Program-made: the position numbers and the translations under genes | The notes under the pieces: generated by a model | What the model was told of the DNA's origin: nothing | Seen by the model: only the letters and a program-made list of their open reading frames with translations | Database searches by the model: none | In this document: piece by piece, positions 13,698 through 24,748 of the stretch | How the letters are laid out: every line of letters starts with the position of its first letter | Numbering within the stretch: the stretch's first letter is position 1 | Origin: Azolla caroliniana | Lineage: Eukaryota > Plantae > Polypodiophyta | Reading direction: 5' to 3' | DNA length: 64,000 nucleotides | Assembly: GCA_043228905.1 (NCBI GenBank) | Contig: JBHGNT010000017.1 | Location: 6,634,001-6,698,000 of the forward strand

Positions 13698-14557
13698 ACA
13701 AAATGTGAATATCAAGATGCAAACTTGTAACCTCTATACAAGATTCTTATACTCTATCCATCACACTACCTTATTTCAATTAAAAAATATTTCTTTCTTT
13801 CTTATTTAGAGCTATGTGGCTCTATATGTCTAATACATGTAGATACTGGATGTATTCACATTGTCTCATTTTGACAAACTAGGACATATTTATAATATGA
13901 TCAAAGGGCAGTTGCCCTAACTCAAGCAGTATAAAACTTAGTTTGTAAGTGTGGCCATTCCTTGTATTGTAACGTTTGAATAATACAATTACAATTCGTG
14001 CCTCTCTATCTCTCTCACTCTGAGTTGATCTTGTTGTCTTGCAACTCTCTACTTAACATTTTGTTCATCCTGCTAATCAATCTTCAACTTGGTGTTCTTC
14101 AACATCTACATGTAACATGTTCGTGTTCAGAAGTGGAAGGATCGTGCTCAATTGGAATGATAAGGAATATTCCATTTGATTTCAGGGTTTTTTTAACCAT
14201 CTTACAAAACATGTGATACTTGTATCACATGTGCTCAAAGACTCAACGGAAAAGCTTAAAATCTCACCATGTCAAATGTCACAAATTTATGTTATATTTT
14301 TTACCATAAAATTAACAAGTCGTGTTTTTTATAACAAACAATATTCAGAAGGAGCAATTGATTTAAAAACAAATAACCTTTATATCATTCGAGTTCTTAC
14401 AAACTTATATTATTACCGTTCATGCCAATAATACAATCAAAAGTTATTCCTCTCATAAGAATCACTACTATAGAGCCTAGTATGCAATGGTGACTCATCA
14501 TCAGATGTATCAATCAAAGCATTGTCTTCATCTAAAAGCAAATGTTGTATCTCCAAA

Positions 14558-15091
14558 TCATGTGTAAAAGATATTGTCCACCTTCGATCTGAGAAGCCTT
14601 GTAGGCCATTTCGATTTTATTATGTCTATTGTTGACTTCCTTAAACATCTAGCTTTTGTCAGTGTAAAGTCATACACAATTATATCCACCTCTTGCATGT
14701 CAAGGGTTGATGTGTTACGAATATTTCTTTTCCGCTTTCTATTTCCTCTTGACTTTGGGCATTCCATCATCTCCAATGTATACTTGCCTGTAAATGCATT
14801 CTTGCTTTTAGTGTTGTACCAATGCACCTTTGTAGACTTTATCTGATTCTAGTTTTCATGCATCACCACGTCCAATACTTTACCAATCCGGAATTGGTGC
14901 CACATGTCATTGTCATATGCATGTGTGGCAATTAATATCCCAACCTTTATTTCTTGTGTGTTTCCTTGCCAACAGGCTTCAACTGCTTTTGTCATCCTCG
15001 GTCCCACATTAATGTCTATCTGTTGTGGATGGAGCAAGTTGTCAAGATCTGCATTAGATGCATGAGGTGGCGTTTGAGAATTAATTAACAT
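14558..15091 (-). pseudogene. Disrupted ORF inside the TIR element (possible transposase C-terminal region)
   Basis: ORFs 14849-15091 and 14558-14827 are in the same frame, separated by one stop. The composition is protein-like (FRIGKV..VHWY..GKY..YDFTLTKARCLRKSTIDII). Family not recognised. Confidence 0.5.
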
Positions 15092-15167
15092 ACTTTCTTT
15101 TCCAAAAAGTTTCCTAATCTAATAGTGAATCAAAGAAATTTTAACATGTCTCAAATGCCCAAACGTT

Positions 15168-15439
15168 TGATTGTGATTGTATAAATTGCATCTGGTCTAT
15201 TAAATTCATTGACTTCAGAAATATTCTAGAGACTGTTGGAAAGTATGTATATATATGTATGTATGCAGACCTGTTCTCTTATGCACAAAAAACAACACAC
15301 ACATGATTGTGATTGTATAAATTGCATCTGGTCTATTAAATTCATTGACTTCAGAAATATTCTAGAGACTGTTGGAAAGTATGTATATATATGTATGTAT
15401 GCAGACCTGTTCTCTTATGCACAAAAAACAACACACACA
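15168..15439. repeat. 136-bp tandem duplication, essentially identical copies
   Basis: The unit tgattgtgattgtataaattgc...aacaacacacaca starts at 15168 and at 15304. Confidence 0.9.
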
Positions 15440-15764
15440 GAAAGTACAGTGAAACGAGACTTAGATAGTAGATCGAACTTTAATGGAAAGCTTCTTATTG
15501 CTTTGTTTTCTCTCAGAGATACAATCGTCTTCTCGTCATCACTCATTACAATGTTAGGTATTTGCTTATATACTAAGCCCTAACTTATTAACGAGTTCAC
15601 ATTCGGACGGATACAAATTGGAAGGAGATGTCCTTTTATGCCAATAGAGACTACACGTTTAATAGATTTCTACCAACTTCTTGATTTAATAACATTTGGT
15701 TCCTAGAAACATCAAACTTATAATTAATCATTCCACACTCAATTTCATTTCAACAACTTGTTGA

Positions 15765-16107
15765 TGTCATGATATGGCAAGACTCAAACCCATGACCTTA
15801 TGTTACATGGGTCGAGCTCTTAACCATTACACTATCTATTGTAATACATAGGGTATTATTTTTATTTAAGTTTTACTATAGAAAATTAATGTATATTCCA
15901 AATTTCTCTAGAACATTCTAGAAGCTTCAGGACTACTCCTGAGAACACTATAAAAGGAGGCACAAGCCATTATTTCGAACCAAATTGGTTCAACGCCAAT
16001 CTTAAGCCTCCTAGCCTTCCTTGTATATTCTTCTCACATAATATATTGTTGTCATCATCATTTTCTCTCCCTCAATGTCTCACTCTCACTCTCTCTCACT
16101 CACTCAC

Positions 16108-16152
<45 letters not shown>

Positions 16153-16245
16153 TTCTCTCAAGTGTTCTACACCCTCTATTCCTCTTAGTACTAATATTCC
16201 TCTCTTAATACTAATTTCTTCTCTGTCTCAGTACTATTCCCGAGA
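15765..16245 (+). mobile_element. Gypsy/chromovirus solo LTR (family of 18131-23685)
   Basis: Begins tgtcatgatatggcaagactc and is colinear with the LTRs at 18131 and 23246. It ends agtactattcccgaga, with TSD GTTGA on both sides. Confidence 0.88.
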
Positions 16246-16954
16246 GTTGAATGTTATTAAAATTTGATGATTTTATTTGGTTTGAAGAACATGTGATATT
16301 GGTGTATAAGTTATTGTATATAGTCTGAAATTGCATAATTGTAGAAGGAATCTAAAAGTGGAATGCGCGATCCTTCCACTTCTAAACGCAAACATATTAT
16401 GTTGTTTTTGTTTCCGCATTGACGGTCTCATATCCAACACTATACACAATGGATGATCACCAAATGGCATCCATGCATGTATGCCAAGTGGTGATCATCC
16501 GTGATCCCATCTATGCTATATAAGTTGAATATTTGCTTAGTGTTGAACAATTCTCGTCCAACGCCAATCTGCAACACCCTTGTCATCTTGGTCTTTGGGT
16601 AATACAAATTCCTGTTTTCTTGTTGTATTTGTCTACTTGTTTTGTTATTATCTTCTTTTCTTCGAAATCAACATTGTTTTCAAAGCTTCGGTTGTGACAA
16701 TTTGAACTGGAATACACACTTTTTTTCCTTAAGTATCTAGCTAAATCTTCACATCACAATGGCGACTATAAGTAAACAAGAGTATATGCGTATTCTATCA
16801 AAACTTGACCTCCTAACAAAAAAATTTGTCGCATTAGAAGAAGAGAATCACAAACTTCTTCGTGACTTGGAGTAAGTGAGTGTCAAAATGACACAACAAC
16901 ACGACAACAATATTGACAGAGTGACAACCAGAGTTGCATGGCCATTGCCAAGAA

Positions 16955-17797
16955 CCTCATATTTCATGCATGTACTAAACACATAGAGATTCAATATCAC
17001 TATGTGTAGGAGCTAATAGACAACAAGACTGTGGAGCTTGAGTTTTGTCAAACGTCAAAGAATTTTGCAGACATCTTCACAAAGGCACTTGGTGCAAAAC
17101 AACTACCACCTTTGACGACTAGGAGTTGGTCTAATTGTCAATTCAATGGGTTATCAATTGAGGGGGCGTGTTAGATATTATCAATGATCAACCCATGTTG
17201 TCAATTTATCCCTACATGTATTCCTAGAACAATTCTAAAGAACATTGAAACATCATAAAGACACAGTAATCATTATGAAATGTAGGGACTTTTGGGATCA
17301 TTAATTTGTGAAATTTTCTAAGTATTGACAACCCAAATGTATAAGCATACTCATACTTGTCATACCTTGTACGAAAACAACATATTTCATGCATTTGGCT
17401 CTGTTGAGAATCAAGCTCAACATAACACAACCTGTGAACACACCTTTTGAGAATCCATGATTACTCAAAGGTCAAGAGTCACACCACTACTCTCTACACA
17501 TTAACTATGTGTCATATAATCATATTTTATAACACATAACTAATGAGTTACATATTCCCCATGACTATGAGTCTTCACATTCCCCAAGAGAGAGTAGTTA
17601 TTGTAGTTAGTTAATGAAGAGAGAGGGTGACTATATATAAAGCACCATTCTCCTACTTTATACTATGTCGATTGTGACTCGTTGTAATGCTACATTTTGT
17701 ATTTCCTGTTCTACTTTTGAATATACATCTTCTTCTTGAGTATTCCTTTTTCTATTTCCTCTCACACATACACATAACACACATATCTTCCGCAACA
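16955..17797 (+). mobile_element. Truncated Ty1/Copia: RNase H end, PPT and 3' LTR
   Basis: Reads FHAxTKHIEIQYHYV..ADIFTKALG at ~16962-17093. PPT ttgagggggcg precedes an LTR running tgttag (17169) to caaca (17797). Confidence 0.75.
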
Positions 17798-18130
17798 CAA
17801 TAATCATACCCCATTCTTTACATGCTCCCCATAACTATTTAGATTTTACCAAGTCCATGTACATTAATCTTTTGTCGCTACTCTCTAAGCTCAAATAATA
17901 ATCACAATGATATACATTTTGAAGCTCTCTCCACTATTCCAATTTCATTGTGTCACATACGACAAAGAACTCATCTTGAAACCCATCAAATTAAGAAGTC
18001 TCCACTTTGAGGACGTGTTGTCAAACTTCTGATGCATAATAACCTTTGATTTTTTACATTGAAAATTGTGAGTAATTTTTAATATGCCTCAAGCAAATCA
18101 TCAATGACTCCTTGAAGCTCTTGAACTCAA

Positions 18131-18414
18131 TGTCATGATATGGCAAGACTCGAACCCATGACCTTATGTTATTTGGGTCGAGCTCTTGACCATTACACTA
18201 TGTATTCAGGATATTATTTTCATTTAAGTTTTATTATAAAAAATTAATGTATATTCTAGATTTCTCTAGAACATTCTAGAAGCTTCAAGACTACTCTTGA
18301 GGGCACTATAAAAGGAGGCACAAGGCATTATTTCGAACCAAATTGGTTCAACGCTAGTCTTAAGCCTCATAGCTATTTTGTACTTACTCTTCTTATAATA
18401 TATCATCTATTATT

Positions 18415-18464
<50 letters not shown>

Positions 18465-18548
18465 TTACGCAGTCCCATCCTCTTAGTACTAATAGTACTT
18501 CCCTTATCTAGTACTAATTCTCTCTTAGTTTTAGTACTATTCTTGACA
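18131..18548 (+). repeat. 5' LTR of chromovirus
   Basis: Direct repeat of 23246-23685, with TATAAAA at 18307. Confidence 0.93.
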
Positions 18549-18620
18549 GTTTGAACTAATTTCTTCCTCTAGTCTTCTTTTCGGTTTCCCTCATCCTCTT
18601 ACCCCTTTTTTTCCAATACT

Positions 18621-21600
18621 ATGGCTATGGTTAGCGCCCAATAATATCAATCCGTTTTTCCCGAGCTATAGTGTCTAAAAGAAAATTTTGTTGCATTGGA
18701 ACAAGAAAACCAACTATTGTTAGGGGATCTTCAACAAATCGGTCTAGAAAAACAACAAACACAACAACAACATGGGGAGTTAGCGTTATGTGTACAACAA
18801 CTCGAAGAAACCATCATAGCGTTGCAACAACAAGGATCAAGTCCCCAAGGATTTCATAAAGAGCCCAAGATTGGACTTCCTGTGAAGTTCGATGGAACGT
18901 GATCGCAATTCAGGGGGTTCCTTAATCAGGTATGTTTAGTCATTCAAATGCATCCTTCTCGATACCCCATTGATATATCCCGAGTAGGCCTAATAGGCAC
19001 GTTGCTTAGCGGCTCAGCCTTGGCATGGTTCGCTCAGCTTCTAGAAAAATAATCGCCCTTGCTTAATAACTTCAAAGACTTTATTAGCGAGTTTAAAGCC
19101 TACTTTGGAAATACCGACAACATCAAGACGACGATCAACAAAATCTGACGATTGCGTCAAGGCAATTGTCCAGCCTCTGCCTACGCGGTGGATTTCCGTC
19201 TACTCACCTCAGATATCCCTTAGGATGATCAGGCACTAATGGAGCAGTTTTGCTACAGCCTGCGAAATAATGTCAAAGATTTACTTTTAACCTTCCCCGA
19301 AGAACCAAAGTCTCTTACAGAGGCAATCAGTCGAGCAGTCTGATGTGACAACCGCCTTTTTGAACGACATTCAAAACGTCAATTACAAATACCACACCCT
19401 AGGCCGGAGCCCACATACGCCTCAGTCGCAACTAAACCGTTTGCATGAGATGTATCTTAGGCAAATACTCCGACACCGATGGAGATCAACACCATGCGTC
19501 GACGTGGCCCGTTATCGAAAGAAGAAAAGCAACGACGATGTGTAAATTGATTATGTCTTTATTGCAGTGGACCAGGGCATATCACAATCAACTATCCCCA
19601 TAGGCCAAGAAGACAAGTAAATCAAATTGTAGCCTGTACTAAACCCGAGTCAATTCCCTTATGAGTGTCTAATAGTATTAATAGTACTGATAGCCCAGGA
19701 ATCTCAAACAAATTTGAAATCCTTAGTCAATTAGAAGAAGAGTTAAACGACTGAGTCCAGCCAAAATAGGAGTCATTTGGTTGGACAACCCTAGATCTGT
19801 GCAGCTCATTCGTGGTTCCATTCCATCTAAGCAAGTTAGCAATGTGTTCTTAGCCCAAGTCAAGGTTAGTACTAAAAGTACCCCTCCAGTACACGTGTTA
19901 ACACTTTTAGATTCCGGAGCCAATTCTTGTTTCATGGATCGGATTTTTGCCCAAGCTTCTCAGATATCCTTAAGAAAACTTCCTCGCCCCACATCTTTAG
20001 TAGTCATTGATGGTCGTCCCATTGCTTCCAGGAATATTATAGAAGAGTCAGAACCAATTCAGGTTGTCCTAGGTAGTTTTGTGTGTGTGGTATCATTTAA
20101 TATAATTAGTAGTCCAGAGCATCCCATTGTCCTGGGATTACCTTGGTTTGAATTACATAATCCAGACATAGATTGAAGAACAAGAGAAGTCTGGTATCGA
20201 CAACCCTGAGAATCTACTCATCAAGTTTCGATCATTTCACTCCATCAATTACGTGAAGAAGGACGCAAGGAGGCAATGTTTCTATTTGCAATATCAGTAC
20301 ATCCTTCTAGCAATACTAAGAAGGAATCCTTAGTTCAACTTCCGGCGAAATATCATCCTTATGCCGATGTATTTGACAAGGTAAAAGCCGATACTCTTCC
20401 TCATCATCGTCCCTACGATTGTCCCATCAATTTACAACTAGGAACAAAGCCACCATGGGGACCAATTTACAACTTGTCACCAACTAAGTTAGAAGTCCGT
20501 CGATCCTACATAGAAGAGAATTTGGCAAGCGGGTTTATTCGTCACTCGAAATCTCCCGCCGGTGCACCCATTTTCTTTGTCAAGAAGAAAGATGGATTGC
20601 TTCGTCTCGTTGTTGATTACCGCGGCTTGAATAAAGTCACCATCAAGAATAAGTATGCACTTCCCCTTATATCAAGTCTTTTAGAGCGAGTAAATGGTGC
20701 CAAGTTTTTTACAAAAAACGACCTACGAGGAGCATATAACCTCGTGCGAATCCGACCGGGAGACGAATGGAAGACCGCTTTTCGCGCCTGATATGGGCAC
20801 TTCGAGTATACCGTTATGTCGTTCGGTCTAACCAATGCACCCGCAGTCTTCCCGCACATGGCAAATGATATATTCAGAGACCTCTTGGATATCTGTTTGA
20901 TCATCTATCTGGATGATCTATTGATTTATTCGAAGACCCAAGAAGAGCATGATTCTCATGTACTATTAGTACTAAAACGACTTTGAGAGAATGGTCTTTA
21001 TGCCAAACTGGAAAAATGTAGCTTTGACTGCAAGCAAGTGGAATTTCTAGGCTACGTCATCTCCTTAAAGGGCATCTCCATGGATCCAGCTAAAGTCAAA
21101 ACTGTGCTAGAGTGGCAAACTCCACGTTCGTTACGAGATGTACAATGTTTCCTAGGCTTTGCTAACTTCTACCGCAAGTTTATACAAGATTACGTGAAGA
21201 TTATTTTGCCTCTCACACAACTTACCAAGAAGGGACATGCATTTCTTTGGTCCAATTCAGAAGCGCATATGGCTTTTATGCATCTTAAGAAAGCCTTTAC
21301 ATCAACTCCTATTCTAGCTCATGTGGATACAAACAAACCATTCATCATGGAGGCCGACGCATCGGATTTCGCCCTCGGTAGCATCCTTTCACAACAAGGA
21401 GATAAAGAGAAGTTACATCTTGTGGCATTCCATTCGCACAAATTTGATGCCGCAGAAATCAACTACGAGATACATGACAAGGAGTTATTAGCCATTGTTG
21501 ATTCATTTATGCAATGGCGGCACTTCTTAGAGGGCTCTCCACATCAGGTCATCGTCTTCAGCGATCATAAAAATCTTGCTTATTTCCAGAACATTCGTGT

Positions 21601-23200
21601 ACTAAATCGACGGCAAGCTCGGTGGGCCCAATTCCTCACGCGTTTTGACTTCAAAATCACATATCGACCGGGGAAGCAGCAAGGAAAAGCAGATGCACTA
21701 TCGCGACATTCATATCTTGCACCTCGTTCTGGTGATCCAACATTTGATAATCAAAAGCAGGTAATCTTGGGACCAACACGTTTGCACACAACACATATTT
21801 TTCACACTCCACTGGATTCCCAAATTATCGATGCCATACGTGCCAACTTAAAGACGGATAGTTTTGCTCAAGCCATTCTAGCACAAATTGATACCTCTCG
21901 GGCATCCTGTTCCCGGTCTCAACAACCAGGTATGGACTACCGACAAATTGAATATCATGATGGTTTATTATTCTTTAAAAAGCTCGTATATGTTCCCGAT
22001 TGCTCTTGTCGCCTTCAAATCGTCCAAAATTGCCACGACACCCATACAGCGAGACATTTTGGTAGTACTAAGACGTTAGATCTAGTTCAACGATATTTTT
22101 GGTGGCTCCATATGCGACGTTTCGTCGACGACTATGTTCGGACCTATGATGCTTGTTGCCGAGCAAAAATGCCACGACATCATCCATATGGCTTGTTGGA
22201 ATCCTTACCAATTCCAAGTAAGCCGTGGCAATCCATTTGTGTTGATTTTATCACATATCTTCCAGTCTCGAAGGGTTTTGATGCTATCTTAACCGTTGAC
22301 GATCGATATACTAAGATAGCAAATTTTGTGCCTTGTACTAAGGCCATCACAAGTGAAGAAACCGTCGCCCTTGTCATGCGTGAGGTATTTCGGCATCATG
22401 GCCTCCTAGACAATATCATCAGTGACCGAGGACCTCAATTTGTCTCAATATTTTGGAACCGTCTCTTTAAGATGCTCAAGGTCTCTTGAAACAGGACGAT
22501 TGGGTTGATATTCTCTACTTCTCGGAGTTTGCTTATAATAACGTTATTCATTCCTCGACTCGGGTCTCCCCATTTTACGTTTATACCGGTTCTCATCTTC
22601 GTTGGTATGTGATCGACACCCCGGAGCTACCTACCAATCCTCATGTCAAGGATCATTTGGAGAGGCTACACAAGATTCAAATGGATTTATCTACTCATCT
22701 TTGTCATGCTCAACACACACAAAAGACTTCTGCGGATCGTCATCGGCTTCCCTCCTCTTTTGCCATCGGAGATCGAGTATGGCTCTTATGTCGTCACATC
22801 AAGACTATTCGACCGTGCGACAAATTGGACTATCGACGACTCGGTCCTTTCCGTATTACCAGTAAGATTAATGATGTCATGTTCCGCCTTGATCTTCCTC
22901 CTCCGCACCTTCAGATACATCCGGTCTTCCATAGTTCTCTTCTTGAACCTTATAAGGCTAACACTATTCCCGATCATGTAACATCACCGCCGCCCTCGCT
23001 TGAGTTGGACGCCGACCCGGAGTATGAAGTTGTTGTCGTCCTCGACTCCAAGTTCGTTTGCAACAAACTTTATTATTTGGTTGATTGGCTCGACTATAGT
23101 CTGAGTGAACGTACTTGGGAACCCGTCGAGCATGTCACCAATGCTTAGGATCTTCTTGCTGATTTCTTCTACCGACAGTATCCGAACAAACACGATCCTT
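18621..23200 (+). pseudogene. Disrupted gag-pol polyprotein with C-terminal chromodomain
   Basis: Gag has EPKIGLPVKFDG and a decayed zinc knuckle CLYCSGPGH. Other motifs are protease [20 protein letters not shown] and IYLDDLL, RNase H EADASDFALG, integrase IISDRGPQF and chromodomain EYEV..YLVDW..TWEP. Many in-frame stops. Confidence 0.92.
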
Positions 23201-23245
23201 AATCAACGCCGACTCGTTACACTTGTCGTCTTAAGGGGGGGATAG

Positions 23246-23537
23246 TGTCATGATATGGCAAGACTCGAACCCATGACCTTATGTTATATGGTTCAAGCTC
23301 TTAACCATTACACAATCTATTGTAATACGTAGGATATTATTTTCATTTAAGTTTTATTATAAAAAATTAATGTATATTCCAGATTTCTCTAGAACATTCT
23401 AGAAGCTTCAGGACTACTCTTGAGGGCACTATAAAATGAGGCACAAGGCATTATTTCGAACCAAATTGGTTCAACACTAGTCTTAAGCCTCATAGCTATT
23501 TTGTACTTACTCTTCTTATAATATATCATCTGTTATC

Positions 23538-23577
<40 letters not shown>

Positions 23578-23685
23578 TTTCTCTCTTCCTCTCTCGAGAG
23601 TTTTACGCAGTCCCGTCCTCTTAGTACTAATAGTACTTCCTTTCTGAGTACTAATTCTCTCTCTGTTTTAGTACTATTCCTGACA
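23246..23685 (+). repeat. 3' LTR of chromovirus
   Basis: Direct repeat of 18131-18548, preceded by the PPT and followed by TSD CTCAA. Confidence 0.93.
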
Positions 23686-24125
23686 CTCAATGTTACAAGT
23701 ACAATAGTACAAGACTATGTGACCTTGGTCATTACACTTAAAGATATGCATTCCCCTCTTACAATTCTTCGATCTACTATTAGGGTGGAGATCACTTTAC
23801 CCAATACCAAATCCATGGTGCCTAAGAAAGATCTAGGTTAGGAACTATTAACAAATTGTCATGATTACAAAGTTCTCAATGACAATAGAAAGTAGTTGCA
23901 AAAGCTAACAATTATAGATAGTAACAAGACAATAAACTATATATTTTACAAGAATTGTAAACAAATTTTGGTTCAAGACTTTTAGATGAGCAACAAGACA
24001 AACACTTAATTGGAGGGAGCTCACCTTGCAGAAGCCTCACAAGGTAGGCATATAACAAAACCACTTTAGGGGTTCACATCCCAACGCCTCTCTTTATACT
24101 AGACTTAGAGAAGTTTAGTTACAAC

Positions 24126-24748
24126 CATAGATTGACATATTCGAATTCTTGGGGGTTCCCAAACGAATGCATGAAAAAACATTCGTTAAAAAAAAAAGAG
24201 AGTTCATACGCTCCCTCCTTTTTCGTTTCCTAGATATAAAAAAGGGGACTTCACAATAAAAAGGGGACAATAAAGAAGGGACTTAACACTAATAAATTTT
24301 TATAATAAATGTCAAAGTATTCATTTTATTTTTAATACATAATTAATAATAAATAAAATATTATAAAGGTTCATTAATTCCTCCCTTTTTGTTCTCCCCA
24401 AATTTGTGGATATTTTTATTTGTCATTAAAAAGGGGACTTCCACTAATCAAATTTCTATAATAAATATAAAAATACTCGTTTTTTTAAATAAATCAATTA
24501 AAAATAAATAAAGTTCATAAACTCCCCCTTTTTTATTTGACACCTAGAAACGAGACTTAATACTAATCATATTTTTATAATCTATTAATGAATGATTGTT
24601 CTTTTTTCTGTGAATTAAATATATTTTGTTTTAAATTAATTAATTCTTTTTTATTATATTTATTTTGCAAAACGAATGGTTTTATAATATTCTTGGGGCC
24701 ATTTCATATTCTTGCATATTAAGAATATCACAAACGTGTCAATCTATG
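24126..24748. mobile_element. hAT-type MITE
   Basis: TIR CATAGATTGACA...TGTCAATCTATG with the 8-bp TSD GTTACAAC (24118-24125 and 24749-24756). The interior is AT-rich and non-coding, with repeated [16 protein letters not shown]. Confidence 0.88.

Larger units (their letters stand above)
14115..16397. mobile_element. Unclassified TIR DNA transposon with TA target duplication
   Basis: The left end ACATGTTCGTGTTCAGAAGTGGAAGGATCGTGC is an imperfect ~33-bp inverted repeat of the right end (reverse complement ATATGTTTGCGTTTAGAAGTGGAAGGATCGCGC). TA lies on both flanks, and removing the element restores the host LTR. Confidence 0.8.
13827..16439 (+). mobile_element. Copia solo LTR (relative of the 28615/33990 LTRs) split by a TIR element
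   Basis: 13827-14114 matches the 5' part of the LTR (tgt..gtattcacattgtc..caaagggcagttgccctaact). 16400-16439 matches its 3' end (tgtttccgcattgacggtctca.a.tccaaca). It has TG..CA ends and the 5-bp TSD CTATA on both sides. Confidence 0.85.
18131..23685 (+). mobile_element. Full-length Ty3/Gypsy chromovirus (Tcn1/Tf1-like), inactivated
   Basis: LTRs at 18131-18548 and 23246-23685 (TGTCA..TGACA), TSD CTCAA and PPT aagggggggatag. Domain order is gag-PR-RT-RH-INT-chromodomain. Confidence 0.95.

Noticed and set aside
13827-14104. Short solo LTR ending at 14104
   Set aside because: The true LTR end and exact TSD are at 16439. The apparent end is an internal caaca.
18140-18207. Functional tRNA gene on the minus strand
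   Set aside because: The boxes are present, but the acceptor, anticodon and T stems do not pair, and the sequence is part of an LTR.
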